Source of the DNA: Candidatus Micrarchaeota archaeon
Lineage (GTDB): Archaea; Micrarchaeota; Micrarchaeia; Micrarchaeales; CABMGC01
Length of the DNA stretch: 64,000 bases
Direction of reading: 5' to 3'
Assembly: GCA_028867135.1 (NCBI GenBank)
Contig: JAGWGW010000001.1
Span: forward strand, 53,598-117,597
The position numbers and the translations under genes are program-made. The notes under the pieces are model-generated. The model ran no database searches, was not told the DNA's origin, and was given only the letters and a program-made list of their open reading frames with translations. Below are positions 19,258 through 28,645 of this stretch, piece after piece. The stretch's first letter is position 1. The number at the start of each line of letters is the position of its first letter.

Positions 19258-20004
19258 ATGGCGCTCATAAATGTCGATCACATATCATACACCTTCGAGG
19301 AAAGCGACCTGAACATCATAGAGGACGTATCGTTCACCGCGGGGAAGGGCGAGTTCGTCTCCATAGTAGGGCCCTCGGGATGCGGCAAGAGCACGCTCCT
19401 GAGGATGGTCGCAGGGCTTGTGAAGCCGACCACAGGCAGCATATACTACATGAACAGGGAGATCACCGAACCGAACAGCAAGATATCCTTCGTATTTCAG
19501 GATTTCGCGCTCATGCCCTGGCTCACGAACCTCGAGAACGTGAAGATAGGGTTGTCTTTCTCAGACATGGATGAGGATGAAAAGAACAGGAAGGCCGCTG
19601 AGCTGCTTGACAGATTCGGGCTCGACGGGTTTGACGATTACTATCCGAATGCGCTGAGCGGGGGGATGAAGCAGCGTGTGGGAATTGCGAGGGCGGTGGC
19701 ATCGGATCCGCAGGTGCTGCTCATGGACGAGCCGTTCAGCGCGCTCGACGAGCTTACGGCCAATACGCTGAGGGCGGATATAGTCTACATGCTGGAGAAC
19801 AAGAACCTGTCTGTCAACTCTGTGATCATGGTCTCGCACAACGTGAACGAAGCCGTGGAACTGTCCGACAAGATAGTGGTGCTCTCTAAGAAGCCGTCCC
19901 ACATCAAGGAGGTGGTCGAAATCAACAGGAAAAGGCCGAGGGACATGAGGAGCAAGGAGTTCCAGAGGATAATAGACAAGGTCTATGCTGCGCTGGCAAG
20001 GTAG
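19258..20004 (+). CDS. ABC transporter ATP-binding protein (NitT/TauT family)
   Basis: Walker A GPSGCGKST, Q-loop, signature LSGGMKQRVGIARA, and Walker B LLMDEPFSALD. Confidence 0.9.
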   Translation: MALINVDHISYTFEESDLNIIEDVSFTAGKGEFVSIVGPSGCGKSTLLRMVAGLVKPTTGSIYYMNREITEPNSKISFVFQDFALMPWLTNLENVKIGLSFSDMDEDEKNRKAAELLDRFGLDGFDDYYPNALSGGMKQRVGIARAVASDPQVLLMDEPFSALDELTANTLRADIVYMLENKNLSVNSVIMVSHNVNEAVELSDKIVVLSKKPSHIKEVVEINRKRPRDMRSKEFQRIIDKVYAALAR

Positions 20005-20008
20005 CCGA

Positions 20009-20482
20009 TTACCTCAATCTCCATTCGTCCTTGTTGGCATCGTACTCTATCAGCTTGCTCCTGACGCCCCATCTTAACAGCATCTTCTTTAGCTGTTCGT
20101 TGTTGGTGGTCTTGTCACCGTGCAATAGGATGCCCTTTGCGTGCAGCAGGTCGAACAGCTCCCGTGAAGTAGCGTAGTTCTTGCTGAGTATCGCTACTGT
20201 GCTCTTGAAAGGCTCGATCGCTGGGAGCTTCTCGCGTATCATCCTCGACGCGTTCGATACGGTGAGGCTGTTCCCCTCCTTTGTCAGCTTTATTGTTGAT
20301 GAATCCACGACAGCGAACCCGAGGAGCTTGCATGCCTCTATCATTGGCAGCAGGTCGTCGATGTCCTCGCCGGCTTCCTGCGCTAGCTCTGATATGCTTA
20401 TCTCGCCGTTGTTCTGCTTTATGAGCCCGACGATGCCCCTTATTCTTCCGATCCCCGGCCCCAAAGGAAATAGAGTTGCCAT
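20009..20482 (-). CDS. AAA-associated C-terminal domain-like protein (stand-alone partner of anion ABC ATPases)
   Basis: 157 aa. The pattern IRGIVGLI...GEISISELA...DIDDLLPMIEACKLLGF...LT.EG recalls the domain usually fused or adjacent to this ABC family. The call is from memory only. Confidence 0.45.
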   Translation of the reverse strand: MATLFPLGPGIGRIRGIVGLIKQNNGEISISELAQEAGEDIDDLLPMIEACKLLGFAVVDSSTIKLTKEGNSLTVSNASRMIREKLPAIEPFKSTVAILSKNYATSRELFDLLHAKGILLHGDKTTNNEQLKKMLLRWGVRSKLIEYDANKDEWRLR

Positions 20483-20566
20483 CAAAGCCTATTATTGACT
20501 AATAAAGCTTTTAACCCTTGCCTGCAGCTTCGCCGCCTTTTTAATTTGTCGTCTTTAAATAGCCGC

Positions 20567-21088
20567 TCATCCTCTTTTCCTCCTGGGCGTTATGCTGCAT
20601 CCCCTTGCCACCACTCCCAGATAGTAGTATATGAGAATCAGGTTTACGGCAAGCACAGCGACTATTATCTGCGCCTGGTTGACGCTGACCAGGTGCACTA
20701 TGTTGGATACGGTGAGTATGTTGACTCCGAGCACTATCAGGATTGTCGCGAATATCGGATAGCTGCACACGCAGCTGGCTATCATGCTGACTATTGCAGG
20801 CAATGCGACCCCCAGGAACCCTTCTGAAGCCTTGGACGCTGCCCTTATCGCATTGACCCTGATTGAATAGGCGGCTATTGCAATCATCACCCCGCCGGTG
20901 GCCATCACGGGATAGAGAAGATAGAGAGGGGCAACTACCATGAATACCCCCTTGTTTGAATAGAGGATAAGGTAGGCGAAGACCGCGTAGTTGAGCAGCA
21001 TGCCGATTGCTGCTGCAATTATGTATTCGGGCTTTTTGAATATGAGCCAGAACATCTCAGCTCTTGTTATCCTCACTTCACGAGGCAT
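20567..21088 (-). CDS. hypothetical polytopic membrane protein (CVC motif within a TM segment)
   Basis: About 5 hydrophobic helices. The ATG at 21088 lies 5 nt after the stop of the upstream DUF929-like gene. Confidence 0.55.
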   Translation of the reverse strand: MPREVRITRAEMFWLIFKKPEYIIAAAIGMLLNYAVFAYLILYSNKGVFMVVAPLYLLYPVMATGGVMIAIAAYSIRVNAIRAASKASEGFLGVALPAIVSMIASCVCSYPIFATILIVLGVNILTVSNIVHLVSVNQAQIIVAVLAVNLILIYYYLGVVARGCSITPRRKRG

Positions 21089-21093
21089 CAGTC

Positions 21094-22128
21094 TCACGGA
21101 TAGTATTTCGCTTCCATTGCCCTGATGTTGCTGTCTTTGCATATAGGAGCAGTGTTGTTAATCGACTTGCATACGGCTATTATGTACGCGTCAGCGCCCG
21201 CGTACTCGGTCCAGGCGAACTGGTCGTGCGGGGAGGCAATCTCAGCAAGCACCTGCTTGTGCGTCATTGTGGCGAGTGTGTCTGTGGATGTGCTGTTGCC
21301 GAAGGCTACAGCATCGGCTCCTTTGAACACATAGTTGCCCCATATGGTGTACGGGGTTCCCTGGAATGCAAGCGATGAATTGGAGTTGCTCACGTTAAGT
21401 ATGTAATTGAATGCGCTTATAGCCGTCGCGTTGCCCCTGCGGTCGACGTTTGTGGCAATAGTCGAAAGCGGGTTAAGGACGAAGCCTCCAGTTATTGGGT
21501 TTGTATCCTCTATGCTCACGAAAGTGGCATAGCTGCTTGAATACTCGTTCGCGACGGTAGTGTTTGACGAGTTGACAGGCTCAATGGTCCAGTAGAGCGT
21601 CGGGACGTCGGCATCGCCGAGCGCGGAGTAGCCGTTGTAGAGGTTCTTGAAGGTTCCGAATTGGGAAAGCGCGAGCGCCATCGACCACCTGTTCTCGCCG
21701 CAGAATATGCACGTTATAGAGCCGAGGTACACGACGGGGGCCTTGGCTGTGCCCGGATTGAACGGTGTCGGTAGCAGCTGCGTGCTTGGCGTGACCGTGT
21801 TCTTTATCGAGCCGTTTAGGAACATTGCTGCGGCCTTGGAGAAGTAGCTCTGTGGCGCGCCGTTTATTATTGCGAGTTCTGTCGAGTTCAGCGGATCGTT
21901 GATGTACTTGAGGGTGTTGCCCGGGCCGCCATGCCCTGCCGGAGGGATGGATGTCGTCACGTTGACGTAGACGACCTTGCCAGGATGCGTGAAGTAGTAT
22001 ATGGCCATGCCAGAAGCGATAAGCATGCCCGCTATGCCTATTGCTAGCGAAACGTTTGTTATAAGCTTCAGCCTGGCTATCGTCTTTTTGAAGCTCTCCG
22101 CCTGGCCTTTCTTATCTCTAATGGCCAT
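21094..22128 (-). CDS. membrane-anchored DUF929-like thioredoxin-fold protein (CxxC)
   Basis: N-terminal TM anchor, then VVYLGSITCIFCGENRWSMALALSQFGTF, the signature I associate with DUF929. There are many N-x-S/T sequons. Confidence 0.62.
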   Translation of the reverse strand: MAIRDKKGQAESFKKTIARLKLITNVSLAIGIAGMLIASGMAIYYFTHPGKVVYVNVTTSIPPAGHGGPGNTLKYINDPLNSTELAIINGAPQSYFSKAAAMFLNGSIKNTVTPSTQLLPTPFNPGTAKAPVVYLGSITCIFCGENRWSMALALSQFGTFKNLYNGYSALGDADVPTLYWTIEPVNSSNTTVANEYSSSYATFVSIEDTNPITGGFVLNPLSTIATNVDRRGNATAISAFNYILNVSNSNSSLAFQGTPYTIWGNYVFKGADAVAFGNSTSTDTLATMTHKQVLAEIASPHDQFAWTEYAGADAYIIAVCKSINNTAPICKDSNIRAMEAKYYP

Positions 22129-22277
22129 TTATTTCCACTGCTGAACAATTCTGCGTTAAAGCTATATAAATGGTTTGATTGCTGCTCAATATGCCGATAT
22201 AATCGGTTGCCTGCAGTCGACCGCTCTTTCACTGCTGATTATTTAAACCAAAAAGGACCATTTACTGTTGTGGGCCT

Positions 22278-23039
22278 ATGAACCAGAGCTTGCAGGAGCT
22301 CAGGACAGACTATTTGGTTGAGACAAACCTCATTGATGCGCACTGCCATCTTGACCTGTTCCCGAACCCCGATGAGATAGTAGACTTCGCTTTTTCAAAA
22401 GGCCTGGAGGCGATAATAACTTCAGGCGGAAGCGGCAATGGCAATCTTGCATCGCTAAGGATAGCGAGGCGCGACAGGGTCTTCGCGACGATAGGTATAG
22501 ACCCCCTTGCTGCGCAGACCGAGTTCCATCTGATAGATAACCTTGAGGAGGAGATGCTCACGAGCAGGAAGATAATAGGCATTGGGGAGATAGGGCTTGA
22601 TGCGAAGATCCTTGACAAGGTGCCGGTAGAGGTGCAGAAGAAGGCGTTCGAACGCCAGCTGGACATCGCTTCAGTGCACGACATGCCTGTTGTGATACAT
22701 TCGAGGGGCATGATCGAGGACGTCATAAAGGTAATTACCGAAAGGGAGGTCAAGCGCGCCATGTTCCATTTCTTCGAGGGTGACGAGAGGCAGGCGGTGG
22801 CGCTCGCGAAGATGGGTCATCTAATCTCGATACCTCCGGCGGAATCCTCAAAGAGGAAAAGGGTTATAAAGGAATTGGACTTAAGTAGTATGGCATTTGA
22901 AACGGACTCGCCAGTTGTAGGAAAGGATCCGACTGATGTCGCTAAGGTTGTAAGGCTCGTGGCAGATCTCAAGGGTTTCAGCTTTGAGGAGGTCGCCCTG
23001 CGCGCGGCACAGAACGTTAAAGGATTTTTCTATATATAA
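22278..23039 (+). CDS. TatD-family metal-dependent hydrolase
   Basis: IDAHCHLD, GEIGLD, VIHSR and ETDSP motifs. Confidence 0.85.
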   Translation: MNQSLQELRTDYLVETNLIDAHCHLDLFPNPDEIVDFAFSKGLEAIITSGGSGNGNLASLRIARRDRVFATIGIDPLAAQTEFHLIDNLEEEMLTSRKIIGIGEIGLDAKILDKVPVEVQKKAFERQLDIASVHDMPVVIHSRGMIEDVIKVITEREVKRAMFHFFEGDERQAVALAKMGHLISIPPAESSKRKRVIKELDLSSMAFETDSPVVGKDPTDVAKVVRLVADLKGFSFEEVALRAAQNVKGFFYI

Positions 23040-23048
23040 TATGACCGC

Positions 23049-23136
23049 GGGCCCGTAGCTCAGCTTGGATAGAGCAGCAACCTTCTAAGTTGATGGTCGC
23101 GGGTTCAAAAGGATCCTGGAAATCCCGCCGGGCCCG
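23049..23136 (+). tRNA. tRNA-Arg (anticodon TCT) with a 13-nt insertion in the T-loop
   Basis: GGGCCCG / GCTC-AGCTTGGATA-GAGC / GCAAC-CTTCTAA-GTTGA (one 27:43 mismatch) / TGGTC / GCGGG-[20 nt: TTCAAAAGGATCCTGGAAAT]-CCCGC / CGGGCCC-G. Confidence 0.75.
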
Positions 23137-23155
23137 TAGCACATAGGTGTTTGAC

Positions 23156-23425
23156 ATGGCAGATGAAAACAAGAATTTTGACGAGATAATAACGCAGATA
23201 AAGCAGCAGATCGACATGCTCCTGAACGATAACAGCGTGCCAAGGAACGTGAAGAACGCGCTCGACGAGGCCAAGAAGTCGCTAGAGCAGAACTCCGGAT
23301 ACTCTGTAAAGGCCTCAGCGGCGACATACAAGATAGACGAGATAAGCAACGACATCAACCTGCCTCCTTACGCGAGGACCGTGATATGGAACGTCCTGAG
23401 CCTCCTCGAATCCATAAAGGACTGA
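23156..23425 (+). CDS. UPF0147-family small archaeal protein
   Basis: DNSVPRNVKNALDEAKKSL ... DEISNDINLPPYARTVIWNVLSLLE matches my memory of the UPF0147 pattern. Confidence 0.72.
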   Translation: MADENKNFDEIITQIKQQIDMLLNDNSVPRNVKNALDEAKKSLEQNSGYSVKASAATYKIDEISNDINLPPYARTVIWNVLSLLESIKD

Positions 23426-23655
23426 TCGTGCCTCGCAGATAAACAGGCTTATTAGCATACCTGTTGACGTATTTTCCATGGTAGATGGCAGCAGAATCCC
23501 AACAAAGGCGGACAGGGGTATAAACAAATGGTTCCTGTATGGCGTCGGTGTAAATATATTTGTCATAATTTTAAGACTATTTCAAACTCCTAATCCTTGG
23601 AAAAGTAAATAAAGACAGCAAGCGATAGTTAGTCTTACTGCTGCTTGGGGGTTCT

Positions 23656-25185
23656 ATGCCTGATAAGACTATAGCTACTGATCTTGCCAAAAGGCTCAAC
23701 GGCATAGCGCTAGTGAGCTCCGATATAACCGACGAGGACCTGCGCGGCATAGGCCTCGAGCCGCTGACAGCCTACATAGTTGATTTCTACGGTAAGGAGA
23801 AAAGGCCCGGCATACTCGACAGGACGACGCTTGCGAAGATCATAGACGACATGAGGAACGAGTCGCTGCCCTTCCAGCCTGAAGCCGTCCGCGCGTCCGG
23901 TTTCTCTCCGACGGCAAAGCATTTCGACGCAGATTACAGGATACGGAGCATAGTGCCCGAGAAGACAACATCTGCTGTAGACAGCTTTGCAGCGTATTTC
24001 AGGAACAGGCTCGACAGGCTGCGCGCGATGATACAGGACGGGAGGAACAGCAGGACATTCGGCATGATAAACAACATTGCAAGCGTTGAGAGGTATGTGG
24101 AAGGCAGGGAGATATGCATCGCGGGGATAGTCAATGAGAAGAGCGCGACAAAGAATGGGCATATACTCGCGACGATTGAAGACGAGACCGGGCTGGCTAA
24201 GATACTTTTCGTGGGCAAATCGCAAAAAGACAACGAATCGGCGCTTTTCACAGAGGCTTCGAAGATCATGACGGACGAGGTAATCGCTGTGCGCGGAAAG
24301 ATATCCGGAAGCGGCAAGGTTCCGTTCATAATAGCGAATTCGCTGATTTACCCAGACATACCGATAAGGAACAGGAAGCAGACCGACAAGGACGTGGCGA
24401 TAGCCTTCCTTTCGGACATACATGTGGGCAGCAAGCTCTTCCTCGACAAGCAGTTCAACCGTTTTGTGGAATGGATGAACGGAAATGTAGACTACAGGAA
24501 GGATCTTGTCGAGAAGATAAAGTACATAACGATTGCAGGGGATCTTGTCGACGGCATAGGGGTCTATCCTAACCAGGACAGGGAACTGAGCATAGACGAC
24601 ATATACAAGCAGTACACTGTGCTCCTTGACCTGCTCTCGGAAATACCTGAGTATGTGCATATATTCGTGATGCCAGGGAACCATGACGGTGTGCAGAGGG
24701 CGGAGCCCCAGCCATCGCTTCCGGCGAGCCTTATAGGCGAGAGGGAGCTGCGGAACGTGCACCTCCTGTCAAATCCGGGGTATGTGACAATAGAGGGGTT
24801 GAAGGTGCTCGCATACCATGGCACATCCCTTGATTCTGTAATACAGGCCGTGCCTGGATGCAGCTATTCGAAGCCTGAAACCGCGATGATAGAGGTGCTG
24901 AGAAGAAGGCATCTCTCACCGATATACGGCGACAACCCGATAGTGCCTAGCAGGAAGGACAACATGGTGATAGACGATGTGCCTGACATACTCCACATGG
25001 GGCACCTGCACAAGAACGGAATCGCAGATTACCATGGGACATTGATAGTGAACAGCGGCACGTGGCAGGCAAGGACCGCGTATCAGGTAAAGAACGGGCA
25101 TATACCGACGCCCGCGATACTGCCCGTGTACGAGACCAAGACAATGGGCATCAGCCACATAGACTTCAACAGCATGATGGTGTAA
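23656..25185 (+). CDS. polD1: DNA polymerase D small subunit DP1
   Basis: OB-fold segment, then calcineurin-type phosphoesterase motifs (FLSDIHVGS, GDLVDG, GNHD, GHLH). The DP2 gene follows immediately. Confidence 0.9.
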   Translation: MPDKTIATDLAKRLNGIALVSSDITDEDLRGIGLEPLTAYIVDFYGKEKRPGILDRTTLAKIIDDMRNESLPFQPEAVRASGFSPTAKHFDADYRIRSIVPEKTTSAVDSFAAYFRNRLDRLRAMIQDGRNSRTFGMINNIASVERYVEGREICIAGIVNEKSATKNGHILATIEDETGLAKILFVGKSQKDNESALFTEASKIMTDEVIAVRGKISGSGKVPFIIANSLIYPDIPIRNRKQTDKDVAIAFLSDIHVGSKLFLDKQFNRFVEWMNGNVDYRKDLVEKIKYITIAGDLVDGIGVYPNQDRELSIDDIYKQYTVLLDLLSEIPEYVHIFVMPGNHDGVQRAEPQPSLPASLIGERELRNVHLLSNPGYVTIEGLKVLAYHGTSLDSVIQAVPGCSYSKPETAMIEVLRRRHLSPIYGDNPIVPSRKDNMVIDDVPDILHMGHLHKNGIADYHGTLIVNSGTWQARTAYQVKNGHIPTPAILPVYETKTMGISHIDFNSMMV

Positions 25186-25187
25186 GC

Positions 25188-28100
25188 TTGAACATAGATT
25201 CGTATTTCGAAACTCTTTCCAAGGACTTCGAGAAGGCGTACTCTGTAGCAAAGGATGCTAGGGAGAAAGGGCTCGACCCTAAGCATTATGTGGAGATAAA
25301 GCCGGCACCCGACCTTGCGAGCAGGGTCGAGGGGCTCACTAACGTCGAAGGCGTATCAGAGATGATAAGGAGGCTGGCTAAGGAGGACCAGGGAAGCAGG
25401 CTCGCATTCGCGATTGTCAAGGAGATATGCGCAGACGAGAGGTTCGACGGCTACGAAACAATAAAGCGGATAGAGCTGGCTGTGAGGATTGGGACCGCTA
25501 TACTCACAGAAGGCATACTGGTGGCGCCTACCGAAGGCATAAGCAGCGTGAAGAGGTACAAGAACAGGGACGGCACCGACTACATCGCAGTCAACTATGC
25601 AGGGCCGATAAGGGGAGCGGGAGGGACGGTTGCGGCTTTGTCTGTAGCCCTTGCGGATTATGCGAGGAGGATCTTCAAGATAGGGTCCTACAGGGCCACG
25701 ATGGATGAAATTGAAAGGTACGTTGAGGAAACTGAGATATACCACGAGCGATGCGCAAGGCTGCAGTACAGGCCTTCGGATGACGACATAAGGACCATAG
25801 TGTCAAACTGCCCGGTGTGCGTTGACGGGGTCCCAACGGAAACGATAGAGATAAGCGTGCACAGCAACATCGACAGGATCGGTTTTGACAACAAGACTGT
25901 TCAGATAACGAACAGGGTGAGGGGAGGGGTGCCGTTGGTGCTGTGCGAGGGCATAGCCCAGAAGGCGAAGAAGGTGCTTAAGGAGACGAAGGGGGTAGGG
26001 CTTGACTGGGACTGGCTGAACAACACCATAAAGGTGGATGTAAAGAAGAAGGATCAGGCAAAGGACGAGGGAGGATTCCTTGACGAGCTTGTCGCCGGAA
26101 GGCCGATACTTTCGTATCCTGGATACAGCGGCGGATTCAGGCTGAGGTATGGGAGGAGCAGGTTCACAGGAATAGCTTCGAAAGGATTCAGCGTGGCAAC
26201 CATGATACTCACGATGGGATACGTGGCCGTCGGCACGCAGCTGAAGATAGAATTCCCGGGCAAGGGCTGCATTGCAACCCCCGTGGACTCGATAGAGGGG
26301 CCTTTCGTGAAACTGAAGTCTGGGGAGGCGTTAAGGGTAAACGATGCAGAAACCGCGATGAGGCTTAAGGATGAGGTCATTGAGATAATAGCGTTAGGGG
26401 ACATGCTCGTCACATATGGGGATTTCAGGAAGTCCAACACGCAGCTCAAGCCTTCCAGCTATGTCGAGGAACTGTGGGAACTCGAGCTCAGGAACGCCGA
26501 CAAAAAAGCCGAGGTTGAGCATGCCAGGATAGACTTTGCTGAAGCGTACGGGCTTTCCCTGAAGCACAAGATACCCATACATCCCAAATTCCTGTTCGAA
26601 TTCCAGGCGATTTCAAAGTCAGAACTGACCGCTCTCGCATCCGAAATGCTAAGAAGTTCGAATCTTGGGTCCTTCAAGAGGCTGGCGGATGTCGGCGAGG
26701 TGAGGGTAGCTGCGGCAGATAGCATAAAGAGGATATTGGAGAAGCTCAACGCACCGCACAGGATCGACGGCGACAGGATTGTGATGCAGAAGGACTATGG
26801 CGCAAGCCTTGCCGCATCGCTGGGGTTCATGTCTGGCGTCGACGGGGTGATAGACGCAAATGAATCATTGGTAAGGAAGTACGAGGACGCTGAAGATGCG
26901 CTGACAGCTGTGAACTCGGTGGCTCCGTTCAGGATAATGAGGAGGAGCACCTTTGTCGGGACAAGGATAGGCAGGCCTGAAAAGGCAAGGGAGAGGCTGA
27001 TGAAACCTGCGCCGAACGTGCTATTCCCCATATCGGGATATGGCGGCAAGGAAAGGAACATCAGCAGCGCGTACAGCGCCGATGCGAAGAGATTCAGGTC
27101 TGATGTGGAGATGGAGATGGCAAGGTACAGGTGCCCCAACTGCAAGCGCATTGTGGATTCGCCCTTCTGCTACGACTGCATGAGGGGAGCCATAATAGAG
27201 AGCGTCTGCCCCGCATGCAGAACGCTTACTTTGGACAGCGCATGCCCGAACTGCAAGTCGCAGACAGTGGCGTATGACAAGAGGAGCATAAATCTCGCGC
27301 ACCTCACCGCAGATGCGATGAAGAGGCTGGGCATAGGAAAGCTTCCGAAGGTTGTCAAGGGAGTCAGGGGCATGACAAACAGGAGCAAGTGCGTGGAGGT
27401 GCTTGAGAAGGGCATACTGAGGAGCGCAAACAACATATACATATTCAAGGACGGCACATCGAGGTTCGATGCGACCGACGTGCCGATAACCCATTTCTAT
27501 CCTAAGGAGATGGAGTGCAGCGTGGAGAAGATGCGGGCGCTTGGGTACGATGTCGATTACAAGGGCAACAAGCTCGAGAGCGATACGCAGCTTGTCGAGA
27601 TGAGGCACCAGGATGTTATACTCAACAGGAGGGGGGCCGAATACATGTTAAGGACATCCAAGTTCGTAGACCAGATGCTCGAGAAGCTCTACGGCATCCC
27701 TCCGTTCTATGGCATAAGTACCATACAGGACCTGATAGGGACGCTTGTGATAACGCTGTCCCCGCATACCTCATGCGGAGTATTGAACAGGATAATAGGA
27801 TTTACAGATGCCAACGTTGGCTTCGCGCATCCTTATACAATATCGGCAAGGAGAAGGAACGCCGACGGAGATGAGGATACCACAATGCTGCTTCTTGACG
27901 CTTTGATAAACTTCTCGAAGGAATACCTACCTACGACGGTCGGGGGCACCATGGATACGCCGCTGATACTGACTGTTAATGTCAAGCCAAAGGAGGTGGA
28001 CGACGAGGCGCACGCCATGGAGGTTGTTGAGAGCTACGGCCTTGACTTCTATTTGAAGACATTTGCGAATGCATATCCGTCAGAGGTGAAGTTGGAGCTT

Positions 28101-28631
28101 GTCGAGGACAGGCTCAGCTCAGACAGGGCGTACAGCAACCTCGGCTTCACGCATCAGTCCGGGATAGGGGTGCTCAAGAGTGCGCCGAGGAAGAGCAGGT
28201 ACACGGAGCTGAAGACGATGCAGGAGAAGATAGACGACGAGTTCAAGCTCATGGATATGCTCGATTCTGTGAACAAGCGCGACGCTGCGAGGAAGGTCAT
28301 AATGAGCCACTTCATCCCAGACCTTATAGGAAACCTGCATTCGTTCTCAAGGCAGACCTTCAGGTGCTCTACATGCACAGCGAAGTATAGGAGGGTTCCG
28401 CTCAGCGGAAGGTGCCAAAGGGACAACGGCAAGCTGCTGCTTACGATCTCGAAAGGAGGAATAGAGAAATACCTCGGCGCTGCGATAAACCTGGCCGAGA
28501 GGTACCAGCTTGACACCTACACCAGGCAGAGACTCTATCTGATAAGAGATGAGATAAACGACATCTTCGAGGTTGTGGAGAAGGATTCGGACGCCACAGA
28601 AGGGCAGTTCAGCCTGCTGAAATACGTCTGA
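25188..28631 (+). CDS. polD2: DNA polymerase D large subunit DP2
   Basis: DP2-type N-terminus (YFETL...AKDAREKGLDPKHYVEIKPAPDLASRVEGL) and Cys clusters (CPNCKR..C.DC; CPACR...CPNCK; CSTC). There is no in-frame ATG near the expected N-terminus. A TTG at 25188, 3 nt after the DP1 stop, is the likely start. Confidence 0.9.
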   Translation: MNIDSYFETLSKDFEKAYSVAKDAREKGLDPKHYVEIKPAPDLASRVEGLTNVEGVSEMIRRLAKEDQGSRLAFAIVKEICADERFDGYETIKRIELAVRIGTAILTEGILVAPTEGISSVKRYKNRDGTDYIAVNYAGPIRGAGGTVAALSVALADYARRIFKIGSYRATMDEIERYVEETEIYHERCARLQYRPSDDDIRTIVSNCPVCVDGVPTETIEISVHSNIDRIGFDNKTVQITNRVRGGVPLVLCEGIAQKAKKVLKETKGVGLDWDWLNNTIKVDVKKKDQAKDEGGFLDELVAGRPILSYPGYSGGFRLRYGRSRFTGIASKGFSVATMILTMGYVAVGTQLKIEFPGKGCIATPVDSIEGPFVKLKSGEALRVNDAETAMRLKDEVIEIIALGDMLVTYGDFRKSNTQLKPSSYVEELWELELRNADKKAEVEHARIDFAEAYGLSLKHKIPIHPKFLFEFQAISKSELTALASEMLRSSNLGSFKRLADVGEVRVAAADSIKRILEKLNAPHRIDGDRIVMQKDYGASLAASLGFMSGVDGVIDANESLVRKYEDAEDALTAVNSVAPFRIMRRSTFVGTRIGRPEKARERLMKPAPNVLFPISGYGGKERNISSAYSADAKRFRSDVEMEMARYRCPNCKRIVDSPFCYDCMRGAIIESVCPACRTLTLDSACPNCKSQTVAYDKRSINLAHLTADAMKRLGIGKLPKVVKGVRGMTNRSKCVEVLEKGILRSANNIYIFKDGTSRFDATDVPITHFYPKEMECSVEKMRALGYDVDYKGNKLESDTQLVEMRHQDVILNRRGAEYMLRTSKFVDQMLEKLYGIPPFYGISTIQDLIGTLVITLSPHTSCGVLNRIIGFTDANVGFAHPYTISARRRNADGDEDTTMLLLDALINFSKEYLPTTVGGTMDTPLILTVNVKPKEVDDEAHAMEVVESYGLDFYLKTFANAYPSEVKLELVEDRLSSDRAYSNLGFTHQSGIGVLKSAPRKSRYTELKTMQEKIDDEFKLMDMLDSVNKRDAARKVIMSHFIPDLIGNLHSFSRQTFRCSTCTAKYRRVPLSGRCQRDNGKLLLTISKGGIEKYLGAAINLAERYQLDTYTRQRLYLIRDEINDIFEVVEKDSDATEGQFSLLKYV

Positions 28632-28645
28632 CTGTTCGGCACAGG

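Noticed and set aside
23113-23118. GGATCC palindrome inside the tRNA-Arg(TCT) insertion, considered as a hairpin or restriction-site signal.
   Set aside because: A 6-nt perfect palindrome cannot form a hairpin without a loop, and a single site has no statistical meaning. It is treated only as part of the putative intron.
23710-24762. Very long antisense ORFs opposite well-supported genes: 23710-24762 (350 aa), 50814-51740 (308 aa), 50420-51220, 9141-9908, 37401-38126, 39321-40061 and 27021-27608.
   Set aside because: Their products are low-complexity (Ser/Leu/Pro/Arg/Tyr/His-rich) and lack motifs. The sense strands encode unmistakable DP1, thermosome, aspartokinase, Rrp4/41 and so on. Purine-rich codon usage on the sense strand naturally keeps the antisense frame open.
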